In this document: piece by piece, positions 1-9,265 of the stretch
Layout of the letters: each line of letters opens with the position of its first letter
Numbering within the stretch: position 1 is the first letter of the stretch
IMG/VR virus record: IMGVR_UViG_2609459852_000001
Source of the DNA: a virus
Lineage: Monodnaviria; Loebvirae; Hofneiviricota; Faserviricetes; Tubulavirales; Inoviridae
Strand: one strand, 5' to 3'
Length of the DNA stretch: 9,265 nt
Notes under the pieces: model-generated
The model's input: the letters and a program-made list of their open reading frames with translations, nothing else
Database searches by the model: none
Told to the model about the DNA's origin: nothing
Program-made: the position numbers and the translations under genes

Positions 1-686
<686 letters not shown>

Positions 687-687
687 C

Positions 688-2125
<1,438 letters not shown>

Positions 2126-2151
2126 TCATGAAGATATTCCGCTTCCTCGAC

Positions 2152-2197
2152 CACTCGCTCACTACGTTCGGTCGCTGGGTCTGCGGCGAGCGGAGTG
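2152..2197 (-). promoter_or_regulatory. Imperfect inverted repeat in the 111-nt pI-pIV spacer
   Basis: CACTCGCTC (2152..2160) pairs with GAGCGGAGTG (2188..2197), giving 9 bp with one bulged G (2192) and a 27-nt loop. No U-tract follows on the minus strand, so this is not a classical terminator. It sits in the only sizeable intergenic gap inside the phage block. Confidence 0.3.
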
Positions 2198-2206
2198 TCC
2201 TCTGTC

Positions 2207-3421
<1,215 letters not shown>

Positions 3422-3434
3422 TTACCCCGCAAAA

Positions 3435-3794
3435 TTACTTGCCAATATTAAGTCCATTTGATTTAAATAAATCATAAACCAATCGATACACTCTATCCTT
3501 ATAAAGATATATGTATGAAATAAATTGAACATGGAGGATAATATTAAAGCAGTCCTGAATATTTAAAGGCAGGTAACTGAATGCAACTATAATAACATCG
3601 AGTTTATTAACATCGGAGATTTGACGAATAATAAAATTAACGGCAGATACAAGAGCATAATATGAAGTGTAGCAAAGACCAAGATAAGAAAGGAGCTTAG
3701 CCCATGCAACAGCTTTATCACCGATAACTCCTGCAATGAAACGTAGTGATTTTAAAACAACATCAACAAAAAAAGCACCTAAAATGGCCCACAT
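3435..3794 (-). CDS. pVI-like minor coat / virion-tip membrane protein (positional call)
   Basis: 119 aa and hydrophobic, with several predicted helices. Its ATG (3794..3792) overlaps the pIII stop (TGA 3796..3794) as TGATG. Size and position match Ff gene VI. The gene is very AT-rich: I hand-counted 16/60 G+C in 3481..3540. Confidence 0.75.
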   Translation of the reverse strand: MWAILGAFFVDVVLKSLRFIAGVIGDKAVAWAKLLSYLGLCYTSYYALVSAVNFIIRQISDVNKLDVIIVAFSYLPLNIQDCFNIILHVQFISYIYLYKDRVYRLVYDLFKSNGLNIGK

Positions 3795-5203
3795 CAGAGT
3801 TTTACCTCACGTTCAAATAATGTACGACGAGAAATAACAAAAACGCGTAACATGGTTATCATATAAATAGCATACTCAAGAACAGAACGAACATAATCGT
3901 CATAAGCTTTTGCAAAATGGCTTGTATCAATCTTGAAATTAATCGCGCCAGTCAACGGAAGATTAAAGCTAAATTGTAAAGTAAAAGGAAGAGCAGTTCC
4001 ATTATTTGTATTTACCAGTTTGTCAATATTAACTGTAAGCCAATTGTTATTATCATGACTCTCACTTCCCTGTCCTGGCAAGTAATGCGAAAGCTCCCCT
4101 AAAGGGAAATCCCCATCAGGCAAAGAAGAAGCTATATTCTGACTAATATCTTTAATACCATTGTCCAGTGAATTTAATGCATTATTCATATCAGTCTGAG
4201 AAACAGAAAAAGCATTATTTAAATCATTCACTGACACCCATATTGTTTTTAACCAGCCCAAAATACCATCAAGCCAGCCATTGTCATCGCCGGATGAGCC
4301 ACCGGAGCCTGAACTACCGCTACCGGATGAACCGCCGGAGCCCGAGCCGGAGCCACCGCTACCGGATGAACCACCGGAGCCTGAACCTGAACCACCACTG
4401 CCCGATGAGCCGCCGGAACCCGAGCCGGAGCCACCGCTACCGGATGAACCACCGGAGCCAGAACCTGAACCACCACTGCCGGATGAGCCGCCGGAACCCG
4501 AGCCGGAGCCACCACTGCCGGATGAACCGCCAGAGCCTGTCGTATTATCGCAATTGTCGTCGTCACAACCAGAGCCACTCCCTGTATTGTCGTCAGGATT
4601 TTTATTGGCGGCAGCCACGCCAACAGAACGCATACTCTGAGCGATACAATTCCCGTCGTCATCACACTCGTTAAAATCAATCAAATAACGACAGCCATTA
4701 ATTTCCAGGGACTGAGATTCCTGCCCGTTACCCGTATCAACCCAGACAACATCACCAAGAGAATATGAAAAGTCCTTAATTACCGGACGGGAAAGACAAT
4801 TTTCTTCGGTAACCGGCTTATTATATTCAGGTGTCAAATCACCCTCACCTCCCTGAAAAGCAAGGGTGCAGGTTTCCCACTCTTGCTTGTCTAAATCCCA
4901 GACTTTATATGCATGCCATTTGGCAGAAACAAAATTCCCAACGGTAGAAGGTGCGGCAGAAACCTTTGAAGGATTGTCGCCGCAATAATGAATTATTCCG
5001 GAACATGCATCAACACTGGCCCAGCCACAAAAAATATGACCAGCCCCCCTGGCTAATTTAATCGACGTCCCCGCGTCCGAATAAGCTGTCCTGCAGGATA
5101 AACGGCCTGCACACTGAACAAGTGCATCCGGATTTTCTTTCCCCTCAGCAAAAGAAAACGAGGAAAAGAACAAAAACAGAAACGGAAAAATAAGACGAAT
5201 CAA
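3794..5203 (-). CDS. pIII-like adsorption / minor coat protein
   Basis: 469 aa. The start is TTG (5203..5201), preceded by AGGAG with a 7-nt spacer. The protein has a signal peptide (MIRLIFPFLFLFFSSFSFA|EG), a Cys-containing N-terminal domain, an 83-residue pure Gly/Ser linker, a C-terminal domain and a hydrophobic anchor (YAIYMITMLRVFVI). This is the same domain logic as M13 g3p. Confidence 0.88.
   Translation of the reverse strand: MIRLIFPFLFLFFSSFSFAEGKENPDALVQCAGRLSCRTAYSDAGTSIKLARGAGHIFCGWASVDACSGIIHYCGDNPSKVSAAPSTVGNFVSAKWHAYKVWDLDKQEWETCTLAFQGGEGDLTPEYNKPVTEENCLSRPVIKDFSYSLGDVVWVDTGNGQESQSLEINGCRYLIDFNECDDDGNCIAQSMRSVGVAAANKNPDDNTGSGSGCDDDNCDNTTGSGGSSGSGGSGSGSGGSSGSGGSGSGSGGSSGSGGSGSGSGGSSGSGGSGSGSGGSSGSGGSGSGSGGSSGSGSSGSGGSSGDDNGWLDGILGWLKTIWVSVNDLNNAFSVSQTDMNNALNSLDNGIKDISQNIASSLPDGDFPLGELSHYLPGQGSESHDNNNWLTVNIDKLVNTNNGTALPFTLQFSFNLPLTGAINFKIDTSHFAKAYDDYVRSVLEYAIYMITMLRVFVISRRTLFEREVKL
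4289..4537 (-). repeat. In-frame 39-nt tandem repeat (78-nt super-period) encoding the (GGSSGSGGSGSGS)n linker
   Basis: The stretch is 83 consecutive Gly/Ser codons. It contains five perfect 13-aa units plus partial copies. At DNA level two synonymous 39-nt variants alternate (A-B-A'-B'), with only 1-3 differences between super-repeats. Confidence 0.95.
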
Positions 5204-5223
5204 GCAAAAACTCCTGAAATGAT

Positions 5224-5247
5224 TAAAAAAGCGCCCCGAAGGGCGCT
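5224..5247 (-). terminator. Rho-independent terminator immediately after the major coat gene
   Basis: The minus strand reads AGCGCCC-UUCG-GGGCGCU followed by UUUUU. This is a 7-bp GC-rich stem (5230..5236 / 5241..5247), a UUCG tetraloop and a T-tract (5224..5229). It starts 16 nt after the coat stop, the same placement as the terminator after gene VIII in Ff phages. Confidence 0.85.
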
Positions 5248-5262
5248 GTCGTTAAATAACTA

Positions 5263-5523
<261 letters not shown>

Positions 5524-5529
5524 TTAAAA

Positions 5530-5700
5530 TTAATTAACAGCATCGCTGAACATCCGGCAGACCAGAGTGAAAATAACACCAAGGCCAAAGCCAAGAAGCC
5601 AGCAGACAATCCAGACATACAGAACGGCCCAGTAAAGCTCTCCGTCCTGTACGCCAGAATTCAGTGCGGATAAAACACCGCTGAAATCAAATTCAGTCAT
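5530..5700 (-). CDS. Small single-TM protein (gIX-position minor coat candidate)
   Basis: The track start at 5733 is GTG with no SD. An ATG at 5700..5698 overlaps the upstream ORF's stop (ATGACTGA), which suggests coupling. This gives a 56-aa protein with one TM segment (YWAVLYVWIVCWLLGFGLGVIFTLV). The function is called from position only. Confidence 0.6.
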   Translation of the reverse strand: MTEFDFSGVLSALNSGVQDGELYWAVLYVWIVCWLLGFGLGVIFTLVCRMFSDAVN

Positions 5701-5833
5701 AATAACGCTGAACAGTAATGCTTTGTGAGTCACAGGCGCGAATCAGTTTTATTCCGATGCCAAAACCTGAAGAAAATAAAATCATTGCAGGAGCAGCAAA
5801 TAAAACAAAGTTCAGAAAATCAGCGTCAGACAT
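5693..5833 (-). CDS. Small single-TM protein (gVII-position minor coat candidate)
   Basis: The track start at 5887 is TTG and would overlap the upstream gene by 50 nt. An ATG at 5833..5831 lies 4 nt after that gene's stop (TGATGATATG) with AAGG upstream. This gives a 46-aa protein with one TM segment (FLNFVLFAAPAMILFSSGFGIGI). The function is called from position only. Confidence 0.6.
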   Translation of the reverse strand: MSDADFLNFVLFAAPAMILFSSGFGIGIKLIRACDSQSITVQRYYD

Positions 5834-5837
5834 ATCA

Positions 5838-6263
5838 TCAGCCTTTTTCTTTACCAGCGGGCAGTGCACCCAGCGGCTGACCGTCAAAACGTTTCATGGA
5901 GCCGGAAATAAAACGATACCAGACACCATGACGTTCAGAGCCTGTCGACCATGAGTTAACATCCACCGTGAGATAAACAGGTTTGCCCTGCAAATCAGGA
6001 CATGAATTAAAAAATTTAAAATCCTCCTCAGTACAGGAAAAGCGCTCATGCTCCTCACGGCGGACTTTTAATTTTCGGTCCTCATACGGATAGGCAATAA
6101 CAATGGCATATTTGGGTTTGGCCTCAGGGTTATAATGAGAACCCGTGGGTTTTAACTCCTCATCATTTATGACAGTGGCGTGAATAAAATATCCCGCCAT
6201 TGTCATACCTGCGGTAAAACCCTCAGGGGAAGGAAACGGAAAACTGTCATAAATTTGATTCAT
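5838..6263 (-). CDS. Hypothetical protein in the gene V position (candidate ssDNA-binding protein)
   Basis: 141 aa and soluble, with no TM segment. It has the strongest SD in the window (GAGGAG at 6272..6277, 8-nt spacer), consistent with high expression. It lies directly after Rep, as gene V does in Ff, and its size resembles the Pf1-type gene V protein. I recognise no sequence motif, so the function is positional inference only. Confidence 0.5.
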   Translation of the reverse strand: MNQIYDSFPFPSPEGFTAGMTMAGYFIHATVINDEELKPTGSHYNPEAKPKYAIVIAYPYEDRKLKVRREEHERFSCTEEDFKFFNSCPDLQGKPVYLTVDVNSWSTGSERHGVWYRFISGSMKRFDGQPLGALPAGKEKG

Positions 6264-6293
6264 AAATCAGACTCCTCAATGTTAAAAATTCAG

Positions 6294-9265
<2,972 letters not shown>

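Noticed and set aside
4289-4537. Regular 39-nt repeats considered as a CRISPR-like array
   Set aside because: The repeats are directly contiguous with no spacers. They are in frame within a long ORF and encode a low-complexity linker. No cas genes or leader are present.
4281-4640. Striking 'PDEPPEPEPEPPLPDEPPEPE' proline/glutamate repeat ORF on the plus strand
   Set aside because: It is the reverse-complement reading of the Gly/Ser (GGN/AGY/TCN) linker repeat of pIII. The periodicity is inherited from that repeat, so it is not an independent gene.

Overview
The window holds an almost complete Ff/M13-like filamentous phage (Inovirus) genome, probably a prophage in an Enterobacterales-type host. 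All real genes are on the minus strand. Reading the minus strand from 9265 down to 887, the order is: IS110-family DEDD recombinase, P2 gpA-type rolling-circle Rep, gene V-position protein, two small single-TM proteins (gVII/gIX positions), major coat protein, intrinsic terminator, pIII-like adsorption protein with a pure Gly/Ser tandem-repeat linker, pVI-like protein, pI/Zot-like assembly ATPase, and pIV-like secretin. Most junctions are stop/start overlaps or gaps of a few nt. After a 211-nt AT-rich spacer comes a very AT-rich gene (1..660) for a membrane-anchored DUF2726-like, nuclease-fold protein. It could be phage cargo or host flank. The points most worth follow-up are listed here. (1) The IS110-type recombinase is translationally coupled to Rep and has no 3' non-coding flank, so any bridge/guide RNA and the att site must lie outside the window or in 676..886. 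(2) The AT-rich DUF2726-like gene sits where a moron would. (3) A sharp compositional mosaic covers exactly the pIII C-domain plus pVI, with its junction at the Gly/Ser repeat. (4) A GC-rich nested inverted repeat with a C9 tract lies inside the 3' end of rep. No divergent repressor, tRNA, rRNA or CRISPR array is visible. All plus-strand ORFs in the track look like antisense shadows.
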